A DNA stretch of 35,107 nucleotides, counting the filler, from an uncultured Methanosarcinales archaeon (GTDB taxonomy: Archaea > Nanobdellota > Nanobdellia > Woesearchaeales > CAYNLP01): the NCBI GenBank assembly GCA_964398115.1. It is 17 parts of 17 records of this genome, joined end to end, with 100 filler letters (N's around TTAATTAATTAA, not from the genome) between each part and the next. Parts side by side here need not be neighbours in the genome. Positions count along the whole stretch, not along the records: positions 24,872 to 26,644 come from CAYNLP010000062.1; positions 26,745 to 28,407 come from CAYNLP010000063.1; positions 28,508 to 30,164 come from CAYNLP010000064.1; positions 30,265 to 31,841 come from CAYNLP010000065.1; positions 31,942 to 33,503 come from CAYNLP010000066.1; positions 33,604 to 35,107 come from CAYNLP010000067.1; 11 more parts are not named here. The stretch is one strand, 5' to 3'. Below, piece by piece: positions 25,786 to 35,107 of the stretch. The position numbers and the translations under genes are program-made. The notes under the pieces are model-generated. The model was not told the origin of the DNA and did no database searches. It saw only the letters and a list, made by a program, of their open reading frames with translations. Position 1 is the stretch's first letter. Each line of letters opens with the position of its first letter.

Positions 25786-26220
25786 GGGGAGAAAGGAAAA
25801 GACTTTGTTGGAGTAACCATAGCATTTCTATGCCATGATGGAAATGGCAACATAATCCTAGCAAAGCGTTCTGAAAACGCTAGAGACGAACACGGCAGGT
25901 GGGATATAGGAAGTGGAGCTCTAGATTTTGGAGAAACGATAAAAGAAACTCTCAAAAGAGAAATTAAAGAAGAATACTGCACTGACGTTTTAAACCAGGA
26001 ATTTCTGGGATACCGAGACGTTCACAGAAAACATGAAGGAGAAAGCACGCATTGGCTTGCATTAGACTTTAAAGTAAGAGTAGATGAAAGTCAAGTAGAT
26101 AACGGCGAACCTCACAAATTCGAACAAGTAAAATGGTTTAGCATAGATGAATTACCAAGTCCTTTACATAGTCAACTACCTAATTTTTTAGAAAAATATG
26201 AAGAAGAACTACAATTTTGA
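25786..26220 (+). CDS. NUDIX hydrolase lacking a canonical start codon (absent from ORF track)
   Basis: Open frame EKGKDFVGV..CHDG..KRS..RDE.G.WD..SGALDFGETIKETLKREIKEE (Nudix box)..W..LP.PL; GGG where a start is expected. Confidence 0.8.
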   Translation, partial: GEKGKDFVGVTIAFLCHDGNGNIILAKRSENARDEHGRWDIGSGALDFGETIKETLKREIKEEYCTDVLNQEFLGYRDVHRKHEGESTHWLALDFKVRVDESQVDNGEPHKFEQVKWFSIDELPSPLHSQLPNFLEKYEEELQF

Positions 26221-26282
26221 ATAAAAACTTGTTTTAAACCCTATACTACACATTTAAATTCAAGTAAGTCTTTATTTAAAGT

Positions 26283-26644
26283 ATGAAAAAAGCGATTCTA
26301 GTCGCCGTGTTGCTATTGGTTGCTGGATGCGGAGGTGGAGCGAGTAAGATGAAACAAGAAATACCTGAAAGTGCAAAAATTGCAACATTCGCAGGAGGAT
26401 GCTTCTGGTGTATGGAAGCACCATTTGAAGATAAAGAAGGAGTTTACGAAGTAAAGAGTGGATTTAGCGGAGGCGACATCGAAAACCCTAGTTATAAGCA
26501 GGTTAGCAGTGGAGAAACAGACCATAGGGAAAGCGTGCAAATATATTACAATCCGGAAAAGATTAGTTATGAAGAATTATTAGATATTTATTGGCAGCAG
26601 ATAGACCCGACAGATGAAGGAGGACAATTCGCCGATCGAGGACA
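26283..26644 (+). CDS. msrA: Peptide-methionine (S)-S-oxide reductase with lipoprotein signal (truncated)
   Basis: FAGGCFWCME, P.Y.QV.SG.T.H.E.VQ, DPTD..GQF.DRG; N-terminal MKK..LVAGC lipobox. Confidence 0.93.
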
Positions 26645-26744
26645 NNNNNNNNNNNNNNNNNNNNNNNNNNNNNNNNNNNNNNNNNNNNTTAATTAATTAA
26701 NNNNNNNNNNNNNNNNNNNNNNNNNNNNNNNNNNNNNNNNNNNN

Positions 26745-27464
26745 GTATTCCTTGAATTTTTGCTCTATGAAGTCTAGGTCGAAGTCTATCACGTTCCAGC
26801 CCGTTATGATATCGGGGTCGAGTTCCAGGATTAGTTCTTTGAAGCGTCGTAGGAGTGATAGTTCGTTTTGGAATGTTTCTGCATCTTCGTAGTCTCCTTC
26901 TTTGTTGACGAGGGTTTTCTGGAAGTCTTCTGTGTAGATGCTTATGGCGTAGAGCTTGTCGTTGTCCTTGTCGGTTTCGATGTCGAAGCTCAGTGTTTTG
27001 AGATTTGGAGTCCACGTAGTTGGTTCGAGTTCGGGTTCTTTGTAGAGTCGGTCTACTCCGTAGTCGCTTCCGTCTTCATGGTCTCCTTCGATCTCCATAC
27101 TTCCCCTTATCTCTTCGTCTATGAGGAAACGGTAGACGAATCGGATGTCTGCTTCGTAGGTGGTGAGTTCTTCGTCGTGTAGGGCGTCTCTGATGTCCGT
27201 CACGTTCCTCGGGTTTTTCAGGACTGCTTTAGTCACTGGTTCGTGGTCGAAGTTCTTGAAATCTGTTTCTTCGAAGTTTATTTCGAAGTCGAGATTGTTC
27301 GCTATCTCTTTCGCTTCTTCCAGTTCGTCTTCTTTTACGAAGAAGTACGGCTTGTTCTTCTTTATTGCCAGGAAGGTTTCTCCGTTTTCCAGACGTCCGT
27401 AGAGGTGGATGTACGCCTCTCCCTCTCTTACCTTGTACGTTGGGTATACTATGAAGGCTTTCAT
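26745..27464 (-). CDS. polB: Family B DNA polymerase, N-terminal and exonuclease domains (truncated)
   Basis: LYGR, KPYFF, YEADI, ExoI LSFDIET, ExoII ITGWNVIDFD. Confidence 0.92.
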
Positions 27465-27624
27465 CGAATAGTTTGAATGCTTGTGTGTATAAAAAGTTAA
27501 TCGAGATAATTATTTTCAATATAGAAAAGAAATAAGTTTCTTTTTGCTTACTTTTTGTTAGCAGCAATCGCTTTGCGATTGTATTCCAAGACAAGCTCGA
27601 TAAGAGTAGAAAATGAATTTATAT

Positions 27625-28296
27625 TTAGGGGGATAGTAGTTGAAAAGATTCTGGATCAAAGCCTTCAACTCCTTTTATGGATATACCTTCAACAGTTTCT
27701 TCTATGGTTAGCTTGTTATCCAGAAAATCCTCCTTGTCTGTCGTGTAAAAGTTCATTTTCTCATCTTTATTATCTATAAAATCCTTTATCAAAGCTAAAA
27801 TCCGTTTATCAGCTTCTTTTCCTAAGTAGTCTAGGCTTTCCATGAAATTCTGCAAGTCAACACGAGTTATCTTTTCTTCGTAAATCTCCTCCTTTTCAGG
27901 ATAAAGATAATCCCTATCATTAATCAGGGAGAGTATTTGACGTATTTCAACGAGCAGAAAATTCAAGTAATCGGTAAAGTTATCATTTTCACCAGTATCA
28001 AAATAACCTTCTTCAACAGTAGTTTTTAGACTCTTATAGTGTTGAGGAAAGTCTTTCTTCAGTTCCTCATAACTATCAGACTCAAGTAAGTTTAGAATCT
28101 TCTGCTCTTTATTGTATTCGTTCAGCATACTAGTAATAATAGAATTTAGTTTCAATAGCTTATTTTTGCTCTCCTTGAATACCTCGTATAGGATTAGAAG
28201 AGAATATCTTTCTCCCACGTAATCATTAATTAAATCTGAACACGACTCCGATACTGGCCCGTATATAAAAACATTACTGTCAAAACTAGTTCTCAT
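27625..28296 (-). CDS. PIN-domain-like protein with large helical insertion
   Basis: FDSNVFI, V.KE, ADKRIL and FYTTDKEDF supply the acidic tetrad. Confidence 0.65.
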   Translation of the reverse strand: MRTSFDSNVFIYGPVSESCSDLINDYVGERYSLLILYEVFKESKNKLLKLNSIITSMLNEYNKEQKILNLLESDSYEELKKDFPQHYKSLKTTVEEGYFDTGENDNFTDYLNFLLVEIRQILSLINDRDYLYPEKEEIYEEKITRVDLQNFMESLDYLGKEADKRILALIKDFIDNKDEKMNFYTTDKEDFLDNKLTIEETVEGISIKGVEGFDPESFQLLSP

Positions 28297-28298
28297 TT

Positions 28299-28407
28299 TT
28301 AAGCCATTATCTTACGTCCAGGATCCAGCTTAACCCTGTCATTGTCATAAATTGCTATAGTAGAATTGTAGATTTCATCAACCTTGTTGAAGTCGCCAGT
28401 CGCCAGC
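28299..28407 (-). CDS. 3' fragment of a gene coupled to the PIN gene
   Basis: ..RFDEIYNSTIAIYDNDRVKLDPGRKIMA* ends 2 nt before the PIN ATG. Confidence 0.45.
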
Positions 28408-28507
28408 NNNNNNNNNNNNNNNNNNNNNNNNNNNNNNNNNNNNNNNNNNNNTTAATTAATTAANNNNNNNNNNNNNNNNNNNNNNNNNNNNNNNNNNNNN
28501 NNNNNNN

Positions 28508-28756
28508 CTCCTCGTCGTCCATTACATGCGCCTCGAAAAAGGTTGCTACCTCATTGAGTGCCGATGGTTTTACAGCGGTAAGGGAGCAATTATAGCTGTA
28601 AAACATACGATGATCTCTTTGGAATCTCTGTACCTGTCTGGCTGCCCCCGTGGAGGTGACACGTCTGGAATTCTGACTGAACTCATCTATACGGACACCG
28701 GAACGGGTAATCGACTCGAACGGAAGTGGAACGTAATTTAATAGTGTATCAGCCAT
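28508..28756 (-). CDS. Putative distal tail protein (truncated)
   Basis: TAATG-coupled directly after the tape-measure gene; call based on position. Confidence 0.5.
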
Positions 28757-30164
28757 TATCCACCCTCAAGCATACGCTTAATCTCTTTAGCCGTCTTTCC
28801 TCGTTTCGCAAGAGCAGCAGCAACCTGCTCATCGAGCGGTTTCTCGGCGTTGAAATTGAGGTTGATGTCCAGACGTTTTGCATCCTCCTTCAACTCTGAC
28901 CGGCTCTGGCTGGAAGCAGCCTGATTAATCGTAGAGCGTCTCTGCCCCTTTGCCTTTTCAAACTCTTTCTGTGCATTGGATTTTGCTCGCTCTCGGACTA
29001 CATCGGCAAAGCCTGAATTAAATGTGTCCGTCTCCGCAAACCCAAGTGTCACTGTCTCTGTTATCATATCAAATACTCGACTGAAAGCACTACCGATCCC
29101 CCTTAGAATTTCCATTGCAATATCAAAAAGGGCTTGCCATGAATTGTTCCACAGCTCAACTAATGTGTTCATTGCCCCAGCAAAATCACCTGTTATTATT
29201 TGTTTTAAAAAGCTTAAAATCCTTCCTATCTGCTGAAAGACAGTGGATACCACCTTTCCTACTACCTTACCAAATGTTCTAACAACATCTCCGAGCAACT
29301 GCCACAAGCTAATAAACCCTGTTTCGAGAGGGTCTGAAAAACCCGTCTTTATATTTTCCCATGCCTGCTCAAAGAATCCAGTGATATCAGACAAACTTAA
29401 ATTAAAAACTTTCCTCATACCTTTTGCAGCACCCTTAGCTGCCCCCGCAATGAAATTAAACACATCCATAACATCTATTTTGAAGCCCAAGAATAAATTA
29501 CTTAATTTCCTCAACATACCATTGGAGAAGTCAAGTATAGCCTTACCAGTGTCCGTCCAGAATCTCTTCATCGGCTTTATAATTTTGTTATTATACCAGG
29601 ATAACCACTCAAAAAACCGATTCTCCAACTTGTTAAGCATTTTATTTACTCTTTTTTCGGCTTTATCCAACATTTCACCCCAAAGCTCCAGCACCTTCTT
29701 TTTGATTTTCTCCCATATACGATTTGTGGTCCCCCTAAAGTCTGTCGTGAGGTTCTTCAGGAATAGCATTGTTTTTTCCCATGCCGTAATCAACTTACTT
29801 GACAACGAGTCCCAGCTTGTCCCAAGCGGGTTAAAAATGTTCTTATCCAGAAAGTTTTTAAGCGTAAGCCAGACTGCTTCTAAGGCCCCCGTACCTTTTT
29901 TCATCTTACTTACAACGCGGCTTACAAAGTCAATAACAAAATTCAATGAAGGTTTTAACACGTTACTCCAGAACCAGCCAGCAACAGTTGTAAATATACC
30001 TTTTACAAGATCCCATAGAGCACTAAACGCACTTCCAATTCTACTTAGCGTTGTCAGAAAGGACTTTTTCAACCAGTCCCAATTCTTATGGATGAACTGA
30101 ACAGCACTAATAAACTTATCCAAAATAAATCCAGCCCAGAACGCAACCGTCGTTTTGATCGTTT
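28756..30164 (-). CDS. Phage tail tape-measure protein, C-terminal part
   Basis: Amphipathic helical repeats with regularly spaced W/F; NWD.LK and ITGDFAGA motifs; C-terminal ININF-like strand. Confidence 0.8.
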
Positions 30165-30264
30165 NNNNNNNNNNNNNNNNNNNNNNNNNNNNNNNNNNNN
30201 NNNNNNNNTTAATTAATTAANNNNNNNNNNNNNNNNNNNNNNNNNNNNNNNNNNNNNNNNNNNN

Positions 30265-31712
30265 AAGAAGCTGTTGTGCTTGTTTGGACTTCTTCCTTCT
30301 GTCTGAGAGGATTCTTTTGAAACTGTTTCTCTATAAACGATAATAGGGGGAGAAGTCTTGACTTCAAGCCCTTTTTCGTTTTTTATTCTGTCTTCTAAAA
30401 TTTCTAAATGTAGCTCTCCCATACCCGAAATAAGACTCTCTCCTGTGTCTTCATCTATTTGAACTTTTATTGAAGGGTCTTCTTTATTGACTTGTTTTAG
30501 TACATCTACTAGTTTTGGTAGGTCTGCAGACTTGGTCGGTTCTATCGATTTTGTTACAACAGGGTCGAATATGTGAGTAATTGCTTCAAAGGGTTCTATT
30601 TGGTTTTTACTTATTGTTTCTCCGGCAAACACATCCTTCAAGCCTACAACTCCAACTATATTTCCAGCGCCAACTTCATTTACAACCATTCTTTGTGAAC
30701 CTTTGTAAATGGAAACTTGCTGGACTGTTGCAGGTTTGTTACTTACATTCATATAAACTTTGTCTCCTTGCTTGAGGCTACCCGAGAATAACCTGCCTGC
30801 AGCCACTTCTCCTGCATTTTTGTCCACTACAATTTTTGTGGGTACAAATACTGGCTCTCCTTTAGGGTCACAATTCTTAAGGTCGTGCCCTACTTGGGAT
30901 TCCGAATCACCATGCCAGATTCTTGGCACTCTGTATTTTTGAGCTTGTAAAGGGCTAGGATGGTGGTTTACAACCATGTCTAAAACAACCTCGTGTAGGG
31001 GGGCCTTTTTCGCTAGTTCTTTATAGTTGTCTCCTTCATAGGCATCAATTATCTCCTTAAATGTCATGTTGTTTTGCTTCATATAAGGGAAGCTTAAGGC
31101 CCAATTGTGGAAAGCGCTTCCAAATGCTACAGAACCTTCGCTAACGCTAACTTGCCATTTTTCTTTATATCCTTCAGGAGCGATTTGCTTTATAAGTTTG
31201 TTAACATTATTTATTATGTCAATGAATTTTTTCTGCATTTCCTCAGGAGTAAGTTTTACTTCTTTAATCAGCCTGTCAGCTTTATTTATGAAAAGGACAG
31301 GCTTCACTAATTCTCTTAACGATTGTCTTAGAACTGTTTCAGTTTGAGGCATAACTCCTTCTACTGCGTCACAAAGAACCACTCCTCCGTCTACAGCTCT
31401 CATAGCCCTTGTAACGTCGCCCCCGAAATCTACATGGCCCGGGGTGTCTATTAGATTTACAAGGTAGTCTTGACCATTGAATTGATGCGGCATACTTACT
31501 GCAGCAGAGTCTATTGTAATTCCTCTTGAAGACTCGTCTTCATGGAAGTCGAGAGCCCTTTGTTTTCCAGCATTTTCTTCAGAAAGCATTCCCGCTCCAG
31601 CTAAAAGATTGTCCGAGAAAGTAGTTTTTCCGTGATCTATATGAGCTGCAATAGCAATGTTTCTAATTCTTTCTTGATTCTTCATTAATTTTGAAAAGTC
31701 CGGATTTGCCAT
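30265..31712 (-). CDS. fusA: Archaeal elongation factor 2 (3'-truncated)
   Basis: [40 protein letters not shown]; archaeal length without the eukaryotic insert. Confidence 0.97.
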
Positions 31713-31971
31713 TTTGGTTTTTTCTTTTTTAATTCGACAATTCCTAGTTGATAGAACTATTTATAAAACTATTGTCTTTTTGTTCGAAAATTTACTCTCT
31801 TTTTAGGTATTTGTCATGTATTAGATTTACTGCCTTTGGGCNNNNNNNNNNNNNNNNNNNNNNNNNNNNNNNNNNNNNNNNNNNNTTAATTAATTAANNN
31901 NNNNNNNNNNNNNNNNNNNNNNNNNNNNNNNNNNNNNNNNNCGAAACACGTCGCTAAAGAGATATTGGAAA

Positions 31972-32835
31972 ATGAATAAACAGGAACTAAAAAAAGGTGA
32001 AACGAGAGTTACCACCTCATACAACAGGAAGGTAGCCGATGACAACTACGGCAACGAGGAAGTATTCTTCGGATTTTCGGAGGTAGTAGAAACGGAGGAA
32101 GCAGAAGAAAGGATTGAGGAGTTATATAATCAAGCTAAGTCCAAAACCCTAGACAAGCTTGGACTTTCTGACAGCAATTTTAATGAGATAAAAACCTTCA
32201 CGGGTGAAACAATACTTATAGACGAACAAAACCATTCTTACGCCGACTTAGACGGTAATAAACTGCTTTCAGGCTCTGAATACAAGAAAAAACTGGAGGA
32301 AGAGTTCGATTTAGAGGGTATAAGCAAGAATGTAGCCAAAAAATACGGAGTTGAGCAGCAAGTCATAAAGGATATGTGGTCGCACAACTCACAGACATCA
32401 AGGTTTATAGGTAACGCCTTACACAACGCATTGGAGCAATACTTCAAGTTCAATGGAATGGTTGAAGAAAAAGAATATCACCTACCGAACAACAAATATT
32501 TAAGAGAAGCCGTTGAAACATTCCCCAAGAAAGACTCTGATATTCTGCCAGAGGTATTGGTGTCGGATGTAGAAAACAAGAGGGCGGGAAGGATTGACGG
32601 AATAGAAAAGTTAGATGACAAAGTTTGTAGGGTTATAGACTTCAAATCAGACAGTAAGATTGAAAAGAAAAGAAACGGACAAAGAAAGGTTGACGGACAC
32701 TTTAATCAGTTGAGCTTTTATGCCCACGTACTGATGGCTCACGGTTGGGAGGTAGAAGGATTGGAGGTTTGGAACTATACGAACGAGTGGCAGGACTTTC
32801 AGTCGGAAGTCCNNNNNNNNNNGTCCTTGAGTTAA
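31972..32835 (+). CDS. Phage PD-(D/E)XK (RecB/Cas4-like) exonuclease
   Basis: G.ALH..LE, E, AGRIDG, IDFKS and QL.FY motifs; N gap near the end. Confidence 0.8.
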   Translation: MNKQELKKGETRVTTSYNRKVADDNYGNEEVFFGFSEVVETEEAEERIEELYNQAKSKTLDKLGLSDSNFNEIKTFTGETILIDEQNHSYADLDGNKLLSGSEYKKKLEEEFDLEGISKNVAKKYGVEQQVIKDMWSHNSQTSRFIGNALHNALEQYFKFNGMVEEKEYHLPNNKYLREAVETFPKKDSDILPEVLVSDVENKRAGRIDGIEKLDDKVCRVIDFKSDSKIEKKRNGQRKVDGHFNQLSFYAHVLMAHGWEVEGLEVWNYTNEWQDFQSEVXXXXSLS

Positions 32836-32851
32836 AAGAAATTTAATTAAA

Positions 32852-33256
32852 ATGTATTACTCAAAAGCAATACTTACGGGACGTATAGCGGATGATTTAG
32901 AGGTTAAATCAACTAACAAAGGAACGTCAGTAGTCAATATGACTGTTGCTGTCAACTACAATGATGACGTTGACTTCTGGGATGTTGTAGTCTTCGGACA
33001 GCAAGCAGAACATTGTTCTTCTTATCTAGGAAAAGGAGACATAGTTTTGGTGGATGGACGGCTTACCAAAGACTCTTGGGAAGACTCGGACGGCAACACG
33101 AGAACAAAAGCAGAGATAGTCGCCAGCAATGTAGTATTCGGACCTAACAGGAATGAAGTGGACGAGGTTGATGAGTTTGTGGAAGAAAACCAAGTTGTAA
33201 ACCAAGGTGAAGGTAACGAAGATGAAGAAATTGACCCTGAAGAAATTTCATTTTAA
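32852..33256 (+). CDS. ssb: Bacterial/phage-type single-stranded DNA-binding protein
   Basis: ILTGRI..D.E, VAVN, VVFG.QAE....YL.KG..V.V.GRL...WED.DG..R...EIVA; acidic tail ending DPEEISF. Confidence 0.93.
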   Translation: MYYSKAILTGRIADDLEVKSTNKGTSVVNMTVAVNYNDDVDFWDVVVFGQQAEHCSSYLGKGDIVLVDGRLTKDSWEDSDGNTRTKAEIVASNVVFGPNRNEVDEVDEFVEENQVVNQGEGNEDEEIDPEEISF

Positions 33257-33269
33257 CTGACAGCAACCA

Positions 33270-33503
33270 ATGAAAGTAACATACAAAAACAAAACAATAG
33301 GATTTATTATCGAGGGCTGTCTTGTTAAGGACTTAGAAAGTGACAAGCATCTATGTTTCAAGCATGGGGAAACTCCTGGATTTCAAAAGACGATAGACAA
33401 GCATCTGGATGAGTTCAACTATATAAGAGTTACGACCGACGACGGCAGAGTGTTTTCTACCAGCAAAGAAAACTTTCTAAAGCATAGATTTGTAGACGAC
33501 TTG
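33270..33503 (+). CDS. Hypothetical phage protein (truncated)
   Basis: Co-oriented ORF 13 nt after ssb. Confidence 0.6.
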
Positions 33504-33603
33504 NNNNNNNNNNNNNNNNNNNNNNNNNNNNNNNNNNNNNNNNNNNNTTAATTAATTAANNNNNNNNNNNNNNNNNNNNNNNNNNNNNNNNNNNNNNNNN
33601 NNN

Positions 33604-33679
33604 CTGTTGGGAAGAATCCTTCGCGATGGCAGAAATCGTTTTGTACGTCAATTACTGTAAGTACTGGTTTTTCTGTCAT
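33604..33679 (-). CDS. Isochorismatase/nicotinamidase-family cysteine hydrolase N-terminus (absent from ORF track; truncated)
   Basis: MTEKPVLTVIDVQNDFCH..G; ATGA overlap with the radical SAM stop; GAGGTGA SD. Confidence 0.8.
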
Positions 33680-34686
33680 TCTGACTCACCTCTATATTCA
33701 CGTGCTGTTTTTACTTTGTTTTCGCTATAGTTATTGGTAGTTTTATCCAGGACTTTGTCTTTTAATGATTCTATCTTGTGTTCTTCACTCATCCATGTTG
33801 AGTAAAGGTTTCCGTCCGGTTTTACTATTAGATAGGGTAGTTCTTCTGGGTTTTCGTTTCCTATTTCCAGTTTTGNNNNNNNNNNGTAGAATGGGAAACC
33901 GTTTGGTGTTCTAAGTTCAAGTTCTTCTTTTTCTCTGCCTTGGAATGTTTTTTTACCTACTATTCTCATACCGTAATCTTCTACAAGATCTTCAAGTATT
34001 GGATCTACTGATACAAAGTTTTCATCGATGTATCCTTGTTCTTCTTCTCCTCTGCCATCTATCCCTTCTACTATATCAAACAATTCTCTTACATATACGT
34101 CTTTTGCCCCGTATTGCCTAGCGACATCCAAATACCTGGCTAAGTCGTAAGCGTTGTCTATCCCTTCTTTTTGTAGTGTGAGGTTGAATCTGAAAGGTAT
34201 TCCTATGTCTTTTAGGTGGTCTGAGATTTCTCTTGTATCTCCTATGCTTCTTTGTCCTTTTACTTCGAATATGTGTTCGTTTACTTTGTCGTCGTAGTGG
34301 TGTCTGCTTAGATCGATGTCTGTAAGTGCTGTTTCTTTTAGTTTTTCTGCTAGTGTTTTGGTTCCTTCTTTGTCTGGTTCTGTATGTGGTTTTAATAGTT
34401 GCGATCCGTTTGTTATCAGAGCTACTAGGTTCATATTGTTGTATTCATCGATTTCGTTCAGGAGTGAGATTAATCTTTCTTCTCTCAAGGTTGGTTCACC
34501 TCCTGTTATTATAGCTTTCCTGCCTCCAAGTTCGTAGAAGTCTTTCATGTGTTTTTTTGCTCCTTGTAGGAACTCTTCGTCATGGGCGAATGTTGGATTT
34601 AGGTCTGTCTCTGCTATGCAGAATTCGCAACTGGCGTTGCATTCCTTGTTTATTTCGAATTCGATTTGTTCTGGAATCGTTTTCAT
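33676..34686 (-). CDS. Radical SAM enzyme without SPASM cysteines
   Basis: CNASCEFC, ITGGEP and TNGS motifs; internal N gap at 33876-33885. Confidence 0.92.
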   Translation of the reverse strand: MKTIPEQIEFEINKECNASCEFCIAETDLNPTFAHDEEFLQGAKKHMKDFYELGGRKAIITGGEPTLREERLISLLNEIDEYNNMNLVALITNGSQLLKPHTEPDKEGTKTLAEKLKETALTDIDLSRHHYDDKVNEHIFEVKGQRSIGDTREISDHLKDIGIPFRFNLTLQKEGIDNAYDLARYLDVARQYGAKDVYVRELFDIVEGIDGRGEEEQGYIDENFVSVDPILEDLVEDYGMRIVGKKTFQGREKEELELRTPNGFPFYXXXXKLEIGNENPEELPYLIVKPDGNLYSTWMSEEHKIESLKDKVLDKTTNNYSENKVKTAREYRGESE

Positions 34687-34707
34687 GGTTATGGGCCTCT
34701 ATTTTGC

Positions 34708-34800
34708 TTATAGTTGTTCGAATGGATAGGGATGAGGGAACGATTTGTCCTTCTCGTCTTTCCTATTGTGTTCTTTCTTTTTTCGTAGTGTCAGCTTCAT
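34708..34800 (-). CDS. 30-aa peptide upstream of the radical SAM gene (absent from ORF track)
   Basis: GGTGG SD 6 nt before the ATG; MKLTLRKKKEHNRKDEKDKSFPHPYPFEQL*; ends 21 nt before the rSAM ATG. Confidence 0.5.
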   Translation of the reverse strand: MKLTLRKKKEHNRKDEKDKSFPHPYPFEQL

Positions 34801-34892
34801 GAAAAACCACCAAATTAAAAACCAAATACTTTGTAACTATTTAGTAGTAATAATAACTTTTAAATATATCCCCACCACTTATGTTGGGTAAT

Positions 34893-35107
34893 ATGGAAAT
34901 GACATCGGATGTGTTGGAAAATATAGGATTATCCCCTAATGAAAGCAAGATCTACCTTGCACTACTTAGACTTGGAACCGCAAAAGCAAGCGAAGTATTA
35001 GATGAAGCCAATCTGAATAGCGGGAGAATATACGATACACTAAACAATTTAGAGGATAAAGGACTGGTGAGTGAGTCTATCGTAACCAATGTAAAACACT
35101 TCACTGC
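34893..35107 (+). CDS. TrmB-family HTH regulator (truncated by window end)
   Basis: LENIGLSPNESKIYLALL.LG..A.E......SGRIYD.L..L..KGLV. Confidence 0.88.
   Translation, partial: MEMTSDVLENIGLSPNESKIYLALLRLGTAKASEVLDEANLNSGRIYDTLNNLEDKGLVSESIVTNVKHFT

Noticed and set aside
29243..30100. Long antisense ORF (also 8074-8508, 10553-11005, 6445-6852 and similar)
   Set aside because: Shadow frames of well-supported genes on the opposite strand, with no motifs
31972..32835. Cas4 / CRISPR adaptation gene
   Set aside because: Lacks the four-Cys Fe-S motif; context is phage recombination next to ssb
2493..33603. Recurring TTAATTAATTAA as a biological repeat, and gene clusters spanning it
   Set aside because: Synthetic all-frame-stop linker inside fixed N runs; contigs are size-sorted, so cross-linker neighbourhoods are meaningless

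Overview
This window is not one locus. It is 17 short contigs (about 1.5-2.5 kb, in decreasing length order) joined by artificial 100-nt linkers (44 N + TTAATTAATTAA + 44 N), so adjacency across linkers carries no meaning. Most contigs look like an AT-rich DPANN archaeon (Woesearchaeota-like by inference) with an acidic, probably salt-adapted proteome. They encode EF-2, TrpRS, ThrS, RadB, PolB, AglB, a DRG GTPase, a presenilin homologue, deoxyhypusine synthase plus a PLP decarboxylase, several toxin-antitoxin pairs and nucleotide-sanitising enzymes. Four contigs look viral: an ATPase + minimal tyrosine recombinase element, a pleolipovirus-like NTPase module, a tape-measure gene, and a nuclease + bacterial-type SSB module. 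The best candidates for something new are: (1) a two-domain structured RNA/ssDNA and a dif-like site directly upstream of a catalytic-domain-only tyrosine recombinase; (2) an outer-membrane beta-barrel-like protein behind an archaeal promoter; (3) an unannotated 30-aa FPHPYPF peptide heading a radical SAM-cysteine hydrolase operon; (4) covarying GAATC/GCC hairpin modules between accessory genes; (5) a switch-like structured leader at 24199-24332. Family calls come from motif recognition by eye; no database search or folding program was run.
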